Shown: positions 38,183 through 48,900 of the stretch, one piece after another
Numbering within the stretch: the stretch's first letter is position 1
Layout of the letters: every line of letters starts with the position of its first letter
NCBI GenBank assembly: GCA_026770705.1
Contig: JANJGN010000036.1
Span: 2,542,001 to 2,606,000, forward strand
DNA length: 64,000 nt
Direction of reading: 5' to 3'
From: Isurus oxyrinchus
Taxonomy: Eukaryota
The notes under the pieces: model-generated
What the model was told of the DNA's origin: nothing
The model's input: the letters and a program-made list of their open reading frames with translations, nothing else
Database searches by the model: none
Position numbers and translations under genes: made by a program

Positions 38183-41100
38183 GTAAGATATCCTAACATT
38201 TTCAGATAGAGTGAAGGAGGGTTGAGATAGAGTAAATAAGGAGAAAATCGTTCCACTGGAAAGAGGATCGGTAACCAGAGGGAGACAGATTGAAGAGAGG
38301 AGAGCGTTTCAGGTAAACCATTAGAGAAAGTTATAATTTTTTGAACAAAATAAATTGCACAACGTCAGCGGAAAATAAGAAATAGCGAAAGGTGAATGAG
38401 AGAAAAATTTTTAAAAATTGGGAATTTTAAGTCATTAACTTCAGTTCCCATGTGCATACCCCAGTAAATAAAACAGAATTGCTGGTGAATGGACTCGTAC
38501 AGTGCCTTTGGAAAGACCGGGGAAAACAATGCAAACCATCGCTTAGTCAGCCCGATTTTAATTGTGTGCGGGTGCAATTTTCCCATATGGACTATTTTTA
38601 AATAAACGATTCTGCTTCCTCCATATCGGGGTGCATTCGCCGGTGTCTGTCTTCGGGGGCGTCGGGTTGAGGGTGCGGGCTGACGGGCTGCACAATACCC
38701 TGAGATGACTTTTTTTTTTCACTCTTGCTCAGTTATTGTGTCTCATCGTCTCTTGTCCCAGTCTCCGCCGGTCAAGACACTCACTGCAGGGAGTCGCGCC
38801 AAACTGAGTTGTCACACGGAAAGGTCCAAACCTGGGCTCATCTTCTGGTACAGACAGCGAGAGCGAAACGACATGAAGCTGGTTTACACAGCGCATAAGT
38901 TCAGCGCAGCGGAGGGGAGGTTTTCCCGCGAGATTTCTGACAAAGCGGGTTATTATTCACTGGTCATTGCGGATACCCGGAGAAATGACTCTGGAATGTA
39001 TTACTGTGCCATCCGCAATTACCAGAACAGGGCCTTAATATTCGGAAATGGATCCCAGTTAGTGATTACAGGTAAATTTCGTCATTATTCCGTCACTTTT
39101 GGCATTTCCACAGCAATTAAAAGTCTCTGGTTTCAACTGTTAATGGTTTGTCTGTTTCCTTTGCCAAATTTAGAGGACTCCCCGACCATTTTCCTCCTCA
39201 CCTCGCAAGAGGATGAGATTCCTTCGGTGGAAAGGGTCCTGTTGTGTTTGATCAGAGGCTTGTCTCCCGATTCCTTTTCCGTCCGCTGGAATATTTCCGG
39301 GCGGGATACCAAGGGAAAGACCGATTCCGGGACAATTGAGTCGGACGGCACCTACACCATCAGGAGTTACACCAGCCTCTCGGCGGAAACTTGGAGCAGC
39401 GGCGCTCTCTGTACTTGCGCCGTTCAAATCAACTCCAGTGAAAATCTTCTCAGTGCAAGTGTCGCATCTCAGAGAGGTAGCTGCTAACAGTGACCGTTTA
39501 CCGACCTATTTATTGCTGATGGGAGGCTTTGACAATTTTGTAAATTAGAATCGTGCATCTTTCCGTGTGAGTCCATGCATCACCATTTTATAATTGACCT
39601 ATCACAGATCTCTCAATGTTTCAGAGTTTATCTTTCTGAAATTTTAACTCTACCTGTTCTCTCTACCCCAGAGAGCTAGGGTTGCTCAGTCACTGAGCTA
39701 GATAGTTGTACACTAAGGGAATATGGGATCCGGGCAGTGTGGGTAATGTGAAGTTGATGTACAATATTAACCATGGTCTTATTGAATGGCGGATACCCTT
39801 CTGGGATCAAACATCTCCTGCTCCTACTTCTTGTGTTCTTGTGTTTGGCTCGACATATTGACATGGTTGCATGCCAGTGGATGACTTGTCAATGTGAATA
39901 ATTGTAAGGTTTGATTGCAGTCCCAGCGTACCTCTCTGTCTCACCATGCCTGTGTACAATTACCTATTCATCTCTCGATCTACTTAACATCGCAATATTT
40001 ACGTCTGTCTCAGTTAAACAATGAGGTATAAGGTATCTTCTCCACCTGTGTGTCTGTCTGTTTATCTGTCTTTCCATCTGTCTCACTCTCTATCAATCAA
40101 TCCATTTCTGTCCTACTGCAGTCTAAGATATCTGTTTTCCTATTTGTCTGCCTATATATCTGGCTGTCTCTGTGTCTGAACAGAACTGTCTACAACTCCC
40201 ACTCTCTCTCCCTGTCTCTCACAGTCCCTATTACTTTCTCCCTGTCTCGCACTCTGTCTATGCTTTGAAACATGTATTGAACTCTCTATCTATCTCACTC
40301 TCCCTTTGTTCATATTGTCTATTTCTATCCTGGTTAAATGGTGCGTTATAAGACATCTGGGACATTCATCTATCTTTCTATCCTTCGACCTGTCTCCATA
40401 CCTCTCTCTGTTTCCCTCTGTCTGCATCGTGCTCTCTGCCTCTCTCTCTCTCTCTTTGCCTCTATCTCGCTCTCTTATAATTTTCCATCCAGTTAAACCG
40501 CTCTGTGTTAGTTTGCTGCTTTATCTATCACACTCTCTTGATCTCTCCGACTCTATCTTTCTATTTATCTCTCAATCCATCTTTCCACCCATTTCTCCGT
40601 CCATCTCTCCGCTCTTCTCTCCATCTCTCCACCATCACTCCTCCGACTCCCCCTCCTTATCTCCCCCATCTCTCCTTCCTCTCTCTCCATCTCTCCCACC
40701 CCTCTTTTCTCACACTCTCCCTCCCTATCTTTCTGCCTATCCCTGATCTCTCCATCTCTTGTCCACTCTCCCCATCCCTCCCTCTCTCCCCATTTCTCCC
40801 TCCCCGTCTCTCCTTAACTCTTCCTCTCTCCAAATCCCCCTCTCCCCTATCTACCACCTCTCCCTCTCTCTCACTCTCTCCCATCTACCCCTCTCTTCCT
40901 CTCTCCACAAATATCCTTTTCCTCAGCATCGCTCCCTCTCTCCCTGTATCTCCCTTTCTCTCAATCATTTCTCCCTTTCTACCCAACTTTCCTCTTTCAC
41001 TCTCTGATTCCTCTTATCCCCGTTACCCCCTCTCCACCTCTCCAACTATTTATCTCTTTTTTCAACCTAGTTGAGCAGTTTTGTATCAGTGACCTACTCT

Positions 41101-42611
41101 CTCGAACACTGTCCATTTTTCTCCGGTTTAACATTTCTGTGCTAGTAAAACAGAGCTCCATCCATTTCTCTCTGTCATTCTCCCTCTATCTCTCTCTTGT
41201 TATCTCTCTATGTTTCAACGATTTAAATAGTGCTACATAAGATCGTTGCTCTCTCTCTCTCTCTCTATTTCTGTCTCCGATAAACAGTGCTCTATCTATT
41301 TCTCTGCCTCTCAGTGTTCTATTCAAGCAGGGCTATATATGATTGTTGCTCTCACTTGCTATCAATTTGTCATTCTCTTCCGCTATCCCTTCTGCCTCTT
41401 TCTTTCTCTTCCAACTACTGTCCGGTCTCGCAGTTGTTCTATAAGATCTCTGCTCTATTTTCAGGATGATGAAATATGGAAAAATCTATTTCAGTTTTCG
41501 GGTGAAATCGCAAATTCAGGTTTGTCATTTTTTCACTTGTTTGATTAATTCCACAAAATTTATTTTCAATGAAAGCTTTTTTGCAGATTCTCCGCTACCT
41601 GCCACCTGCAGTTTTCCGCTTTTATGGAGTTTGTCCGCGTCGGCGCTTCTCGTTCTGGGGATGATCCTTGTGGCCGGGAAAAGGAGCTGCAGGAACCAGC
41701 AGACAGGTAGCGATTGTTGGGGGGACGCTGTAATTTCGCGGTGCTCTCAATACATAAGTTACTCAATGCGTTCTTGACACTTTCAGCCGGTTCAGAGGGA
41801 AATGGAGCCATTTATGTTCAGTGTGAAATGTAGCCATTGATGCTCAGTTCAAATTTTACTTTCTAACAGGCAACATGAACAATGATCAGGAACTGACAGA
41901 CTCCAGGTCACACCGACAGAATGAAGAGGTAAAAGAATGTAACTGTTGTTGCCACTACACGTGAATGCGTTTCACTGATTTGTTTTATCTAAGCTTTAAA
42001 ATTCATCATTATTATTGTAAGAGTCAGGAAAACATTGCGTCATGTGTAATTCAGGATGGAAGAAATTAGGCTTCAATCCGTCTCGTTCGGGGAGATTGAG
42101 GGACAATCTGAGCGGTTTAAGGTGATAAAAGGACACAACAGTGTCAATAGAGAGAAACCGTCTGCTCCGGTGGCGAGGAGGGGTGGGGCCAGATTGGTAC
42201 AGGGAGTAGCGTGAGGTTGGGATGGGGTGGTGGGGGGAGGGGTGGTGGTGGTGGCTAGAGTCCAGGGCTCAGAACCTTAAAAATAGAGCCAGGTCGTTCA
42301 CGGTTGATGTCCGGAAACCTGGAACTCTCTCCCCTCAAAAGCTGCTGTGGTGAGGTGCCAATTGGAAATGTCAAAATTGAGACTGACAGATTTTTGTTGG
42401 GTACAGGGATTAAGGATTAAGGAACTAAGGTGGGTAAATGGGAGTTATGGTACAGATCCGCCATGATCTAACTGAATAGACTTGAGGGGCTGAATGTCCT
42501 CCTCCTATCCCTATGATGATGGTGTTTGTTATATTTATATATTCGGTTTTTATTGTTTCTCCACAGACACTTTATGCCCACTTGGCTTTTAAGGAGAATC
42601 CCAAACTCTGA
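38140..42611 (+). CDS. Intact non-rearranging antigen-receptor-like gene: leader-VJ-C1-TM-cytoplasmic tyrosine motif (type 1, copy 4), predicted 302 aa
   Basis: Six exons with canonical GT-AG and compatible phases: 38140-38182, 38733-39071, 39174-39476, 41587-41706, 41870-41928, 42567-42611 = 909 nt, no internal stop. The structure is mirrored exon-for-exon in copies 2 and 3. Confidence 0.9.
38733..39071 (+). CDS. Copy 4 exon 2, V domain with fused J-like G strand
   Basis: KLSCHT..IFWYRQ..GRFS..YSLVI..NDSGMYYCAIRNYQNRALIFGNGSQLVIT; AG at 38731-38732, GT at 39072. Confidence 0.92.
39174..39476 (+). CDS. Copy 4 exon 3, C1-set Ig domain
   Basis: PTIFLL..LLCLIRGLSPDSFSVRWNISG..ESDGTYTIRSY..ETWSSGALCTCAVQ, the C1-set pattern. 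Confidence 0.9.
40030..41410. repeat. CT-rich low-complexity tract in intron 3 of copy 4
   Basis: Degenerate (CT)n/(CTAT)n sequence; explains the S/L/P-rich spurious ORFs. Confidence 0.85.
41587..41706 (+). CDS. Copy 4 exon 4, stalk Cys plus transmembrane segment
   Basis: DSPLPATCSFPLLWSLSASALLVLGMILVAGKRSCRNQQT; 120 nt, phase 1-1. Confidence 0.85.
41870..41928 (+). CDS. Copy 4 exon 5, cytoplasmic
   Basis: GNMNNDQELTDSRSHRQNEE; 59 nt, the same length as the paralogous exons 7146-7204, 11312-11370 and 19653-19711. Confidence 0.85.
42567..42611 (+). CDS. Copy 4 exon 6, terminal exon with TxYxxL motif
   Basis: ccacag|TLYAHLAFKENPKL*; 45 nt, as in copies 2 and 3. Confidence 0.85.
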   Translation, partial: TLYAHLAFKENPKL

Positions 42612-44821
42612 TTGGAGAGGGAAGAGGGAGAGTGCTCACAGTCTGCTTCCGGAACATGACGTGTTCTGGAAAGTTTCCTCTGTTGAGCGGGACAGTCCGA
42701 AATTCCAACCGGCACCAATTCAGGCGCATTCTCGGCACAATTTTGTGATTTCGCCCATAGGGGACCCGGAACTACCACTTAATGCCCGCTATTCTAACGA
42801 TGAAATATCTTTGCAGTTCCACTCCAGCCTCTGCAGGTTTCTGATATTTTATTATTGAATTCTGCACCTTTATACAGTATGTGAGCAACATATTATTCAG
42901 ACAGGTTTTGCGATGTATCTGTGCTCGAATTACCTACATATTAAAACAAATTTGAAAACCAATGACTGCTCTGTGATTGGAGTTTTTTTTTTGATCATTC
43001 AGACCAGATGCACCCAGGGTATCTCTGAAGGCAATTAACAAAGTCATTTATAGAGCGAATGTAAGGAAGATAGAAGTAAGGGAAGGGATTTGGGCTGCTT
43101 TGATATGAAAGCTGCAGTGTTATTGAACACTGGTTGTGTCCTAGGAGTGAACAGCGTTATATTTACTTTTGAAAGAAGAATATTGACAATCAATACGCCC
43201 TTTTGACAATACAGCTGAGTGGATTTTACCGACAAAAATCACTAGTTCGCAGACACTTAAAGCACTGCAAGAGGCCATTTGGCCCTTCACTCAGAGCCAG
43301 CTCTTTGAATGCGCACTTTCGTCCCATACACCAAATGTCTCCTCATGACCCTTAGAATTAGTCCTCTTCTAGTAAACCTACCAGTAAATGTTACACCTAT
43401 CGCGCTTACAGTACAAATCATCTGCTGTGACTGAAAGCAGCTTGCTGGCGATGTTAATAGTTCAGAAGCGTGAAATCAATTCTCACCTCACATTAGAAGA
43501 TTAGTTAAATCCGTACGTCAGTTTGAGATGCTATTTCACTGCGATGGTGTGATATATTTCCATGACAATCATAACTATTATAAAGCTGGAATGGAAACCC
43601 TTGATGTGCTGATTACTGGATAATTTTGTTGGCGATTAAAATCTGATCCGCAGAACCCCTTGTGATTCCTGTTGTGAACGGATGGAAACATTCCCAAATC
43701 AGCACCGGCTTATTCTAATGTAAAGGGACATTCTGCACATATACTTCGAGTGTATTTGGGGACACTTATTACAGAAAGTAGATGGTAAAGGGCATTCTGC
43801 ATACATCCAGCAAGGTGCTTTCCTCCTCAAACGGCAGGAAAACAACCGTTGCTTAAAAGAAAAAAAAAATCAGGGGTTTGGCAATCGCCTCCCTATTGTC
43901 CCCAAGCAGAGAACCAATCTTACTGCTGATCACTCTGTGTGTCATAGACCTCCAGGCATCTGAACTCTCAATATCCTGAATGGCTAATCTGACAGGCGCG
44001 TTGGAGAAGGCGATAACAATTCATTTCCTCTCTTGGATTGGACCTGGCATTCAATCGGATGATGGCTGAAGTTAGGAAACAGAGATAGTTTAAGTAAGTT
44101 ACATGTGTATTTGGGTGTGTTAAGTCTATAGGGTTTATGATTAAGTTTAATTTTTATTCATACTGTTTTCTAATTGTGGTTTGAAAGGTGCAACCTGGGA
44201 TCTAATTACATTTTTGAGTGTAGGCAGCAGGTTTAAAGCTCTGTTTGTATACCTATATTTCTAATGGTTTTTCTGACTCTTGAAGAGAAGGCAAATCAAA
44301 CACAAAAGCAGAAAATGATTGTGCTGTTGCCTCGTAACCGAGTTGTAGAAAGGGTGGCCCCACTCCCACAGCCATACACACACATACACACACATATATA
44401 GAGAGAAAAATAGCAGCAGTCTGAGTTCACTTGAAAACAGCAGCCAGTGAGAGGCTGGAGAGCAGAGGGACTGAGAGCAAACCCAAAACCGAAGCTCAGT
44501 CATTGTGTACGTTTAAGGTAAAGATTGATATTTTTTCTGATTAACAGTTAACTAAATGGAGATTGGGATTGTATGGGTAAAATGCATTGACATGTTCGAT
44601 CAGCTATGATCATAGCGATTAGAGGATGAGGCTCGACGGCCTGAATGGCCTTCTCCTGTTCCTATATTCCTACGGGAGGAGGATCATGTGGAGGTGAACG
44701 AACGGCACAGAGCAGGCGGCCTTAGCTCCCTGATCCACAGGAGTAATTCTGACAGAACGAGAGAGGAGGGGAGAGTGATTCTGAGTAAAACAGTTACTGA
44801 AACATTACAATCTGATTCCAG

Positions 44822-45053
44822 TATTACCTGGAAAAACTCAGCAGGTCTGGCAGCATCGGCGGAGAAGAAAAGAGTTGACGTTTCGAGTCCTCATGACCCT
44901 TCGACAGAACTTCAAGTTCTGTCGAAGGGTCATGAGGACTCGAAACGTCAACTCTTTTCTTCTCCGCCGATGCTGCCAGACCTGCTGAGTTTTTCCAGGT
45001 AATTCTGTTTTTGTTTTGGATTTCCAGCATCCGCAGTTTTCTTTGTTTTCACC
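44822..45053. mobile_element. Young Penelope-derived palindromic insertion
   Basis: Perfect 90-bp inverted arms 44823-44912 / 44914-45003 with a 1-nt spacer. TSD atctgattccag at 44810-44821 and 45054-45065. Confidence 0.85.
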
Positions 45054-45638
45054 ATCTGATTCCAGGTTTCTTCAAACTGGTGTGCTTCTGTTGAGACCAG
45101 AATAAATTAATCTGTTCGCGATGAATTAAACAGAACACTAGTAATTAGGGGCTTTCTTCTCGCCTTCATAATGTCATAAACAGCAATGTTGTTGAATTCA
45201 TCATCATTATCTTTTGGCCTCAGTTTGACCCAGTCTGGACTGCGCATCGCCTGTGACGCGTGTTTTCCACGATCTGTCGCTTGTTGTCCTTTGCAGGCAG
45301 AGCCGTGTGTGGTCTCCGAAGCTGTAAGCAGGAAACCCCTAGATAAAACTTACACCGCGCTGCATTTTGCAGAGAGTTTATATGTGTGTGTGGGCCAGGG
45401 GCGGAGGTGGAGGGAGGGGCTGGAGGGCTGCGGGTTTAACCCCTGTGTCCCTGGGGCCCATGTTTATCACGCGAGCAACATCATCAAAGGCATGATCTGT
45501 GTCACAAACACATTCTTATTTGTGGGCCTTGCTCTGCGCAGTTTCTGCTGCCGCACTGTTCTAGCCGCTTCTTCACAGGAAGAATTTTCTCTCTCCCGGT
45601 CATAACAGAACCCAGGGTGTTGACTTTGTCCCTCTCGG

Positions 45639-45952
45639 TTAGTGTATCTCAGGCTGTTTTGTCCCGGGCTCCAGCGGTTCATAATCTCTCGCTTGGAAGT
45701 ACCAACAATGTGCATTGTGAGACGGCTTAGTTGGCGGTGCTGTTGTGGGTCGGGGGTGGTGATGGGGAGAGGGAGGGGGCAGGGGCGGTGCTGCGGAGGG
45801 TGCGTGGGCGGTTCTAAGGAGGGGGAGGGTGCGATCCCCTGGTATAAACCTAATCCATTTGCCACTGGTTTATACCGTGACAGAATACAACCATCTAACA
45901 AGGTTATTTTCGGGGGAAGTTAGCGGCACAGGCAGTGTCTATTCTCTAATCA
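45639..45952 (+). pseudogene. Truncated type 1 V-exon pseudogene (copy 5)
   Basis: VSQAVLSRAPAVHNLSLGSTNNVHCETA*, a G-rich insert, WYKP, LVYTVTEYNHLTRLFSGEVSGTGSVYSLI. Acceptor mutated; a deletion removes the V 3' end and C1. Flanks (44690-47890) parallel 3070-6600. Confidence 0.8.
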
Positions 45953-48900
45953 TGTGCCTATGTTTAATTTCTGAACCCTTACTCCAGTCTCATGTATCTC
46001 ATCGTTTCACTGTTTAGCTTTCTGAATTTTAAAGTCTAACTGTCTGTTTGGCGTAAAAGCGAATGGAGGGAGATATGTTGTTTTGACATTTCAATTATTA
46101 AATTAAAACGTAATATTCTGTTTACCAATTTTTCTCCCGATTCCTCTATATCATCACCTGTACTCCATTGAGCTTCCAGCACGGAAACAGTACATTCGGC
46201 CCTTTTACTTGATGATGGTGTTGCTGCTCCACACGAACCTCCTCCCACCTCCTCTTCATCTCCCCCCATAAACATATTCTACTACTCCATTCTCACTCAG
46301 CTTCACCCTTAAATCCATCTCTGCAAATGATCTCAACCACTCCCTATGGCAGCGAGTTCCACATTCTCCCCGCTCTCTGGGTTAAAAGATTCCTCCTGAA
46401 TTCGCGATTGCGATTCTTGGTGATTATCTGATTTGATGGCTTCGAGCTCTGGACTCCCCCAACAAGCGCAAACACCTTGTCTACGCCTGTGTGAAAAATC
46501 CTTTCATAATCTCAAATTTCTCAGGTCACTCCCCAGTCTTCTCTTTCCTTGAAAATTGAAGACAACCTGTTCAATTTTTCCTGACTGTTACAGCCTCTGA
46601 GTTTGGAATAATTACAGTAAACTTTTTTTTCACCTTCCCATGTTTCTTTACATTCTTTTTTACATGATATAAGGACTGTCATCGTTCACAGTGACATACG
46701 TGTGCTCAGGCGAAGTTTTATTATCCGTTTAAAATATATTTTTCTTCTTTTCATGCTTATTGATGTAGACATGTCCACTCTCTGGGCCTCTGATTTTTCT
46801 AACCTTATTAACCTGTGGCACCAATTTCAATGACATTTGTATCTGCACCTCAGAACCCTCTGCTCCTCTATCCAAATTAACTCTGACATCACCCCAGCCC
46901 TAAGCCCATCCCAAACCCCAATCTTTATCCTTCCTGGCAAAGCGGTCTCCATATAATTTTTCAACCAAGTCAAAGAAAGAAATGCGCCGGATAACTATAA
47001 ACTACTTAGTCTTTCATGCGTGACGGAAAAACGCTTAGCATTAATTATTATAAATAGGATTGGTGAGCATTTCTGAATATATGGGTTAGTTACGGAAAGG
47101 CAGCACCGATTTGTGAAAGTGTCGTCATGCTGAACTGGACAGTTAAAGAGAAAGCAGTAGATAGAACACGTATGGATTTCGAGCAGGTCTTCATGTGTTT
47201 AATTGAAATAATAACGCGTCCAGTGTGAAGGAGGTGTAGGAAGATCGATATAATCATGAATACAGACAGGGAGAAATGAGTATTCCTCATGGTGAGCGAT
47301 GGTTGGAGGTGTTGCATTCCAGTTTGGTCTTTGGGACAAGTTTGGAACTGATGTAAGAATGTGGAGAGAGAGAGGTAGGTGAAGATATAAAAACTTCGAC
47401 TTAATTTACCAAATAGTCAGCAGAAACATGGAGGCCTTCATTGCCTCAGTCTGTGCACGACACTGTGCTGGACATTATTGAATATTTCCAACATTTTATT
47501 TTGTTTTAATAAATGTGTCTATGCATTTATCGTGTGCTACCTGGCTTCTTTATGCTTATCTATCTATCTATCTATATATTTATCCTACTATCTGTGTAAC
47601 TGTCTATGTATGTATGCATGTATGTATCTATCTATCTAACTGTCCGTCCCTCTCTCTATCTACCTATCTATCTATGTGCCTGTCTGCCTGCCTTAATATC
47701 TTGCAGTCTACCTATCTAGCTTTCTATCTGTCTGCCTATCTATTTATCTTGTCTATCTCTCTCCGTCTATACCTCTCTATCTAACTATCTATATAAGTAT
47801 CTATCTATCCATCTATCTATCTATCTTTCTATAAAAATATAGCTTTCTCTCTATCTATCCATCTATCTATCTATCCAATCTATCTACCTGTCAACTAAAG
47901 AATCCTAATATTGTACAAAAAGCGAAGTGAAACCCGACCGGAGTTTGGGAACAAAATGCAAAAAGTGCCTCGTACTGAAGGAAGAATATTTGCAATGTGA
48001 TCAGCTTCTATGCTTGCTAATGCCCATCTCAAGAGAGTTTCAATTTCCCTTCGCCATGTTACTTTCAATCTGCTGGCAATCCGGTCCGACGCCCGATCAG
48101 AGGGAGCTGCCACACAGCCTGTTCACTGTTTCCTCATTCAGTTTTTTAATAGGATCCTTAGCTATGGAAATATCAACTGTGGGCAAAGTTAGGAATCCCC
48201 CGCCATTCCCCAACAATTACAGTGTCTGTGTATGGGGTGTACACATGTGCTCCACCCACACCCTTAGGGGAGGCCCATGAATCTTTTCGGCTTGGGTCAT
48301 GCCCTTGGTCCCCCTGATGATTCTTAAAACCCAGATCCCATCATTTCAGAGAACATACTAAAGCGAGTGACGAGCTTCAGCAAATTTACCAACCACAAAT
48401 TCTACCTTGTCCATTGACCAGAGGTTGTCCCCATGCTCACAAGTTGCATGTTCAACCATGAGGCTGAGTCAATATTTAAAAGATATGAGTGCTAGTTAAA
48501 GTGAAACTGTGTATTTCAGTCCTGACACTCCAGGCTTGCTTCGGACAGCCTTTCCGCTCCCATCATGGATAAAGTTCCGATGTGTCCTGCTCATCACTGA
48601 ACTCAGCGTCCTGCCGTTACCCCTAATCCATTCACTGGCGACTGACTGCGGCCTCCAAAATGTTGGCTGCTCTTGCCCCTGGATCCCAATTCCCTGATCC
48701 GGAATACCCTACCTCGATGCTGAGTTTCAACAGCGCTCTTCCTACCAAGTGAACCACTTCCTTCTTCCTTAAGTACCATCCATCGCGAACGATAGCGCCT
48801 AAATTATTAACAGAACAAAGACAAACCCCTTCTGCCTTCTGGACAAGTTCCATTGCTTTCCAGTATTCCTGTGAATCGATCCAAGAACTCTTGCCAGTCC

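Noticed and set aside
8070-39476. Interpretation as a conventional TCR or Ig light-chain locus
   Set aside because: There are no separate V/D/J segments or RSS. Each V has its own C1 exon ~90-460 nt away, the TMs lack the central TCR Lys, and the tails are multi-exon with a tyrosine motif.
38705-39487. 260-aa single-exon ORF as the real protein
   Set aside because: It starts in intron 1 and runs through a GT-AG intron that is not a conserved open 102-nt intron in the paralogues. The spliced six-exon model fits better.
45492-45560. Signal-peptide-like MICVTNTFLFVGLALRS upstream of copy 5 V
   Set aside because: It lies within the SINE fragment, has no donor site, and the paralogous sequence at ~3602 has no ATG and an in-frame stop.
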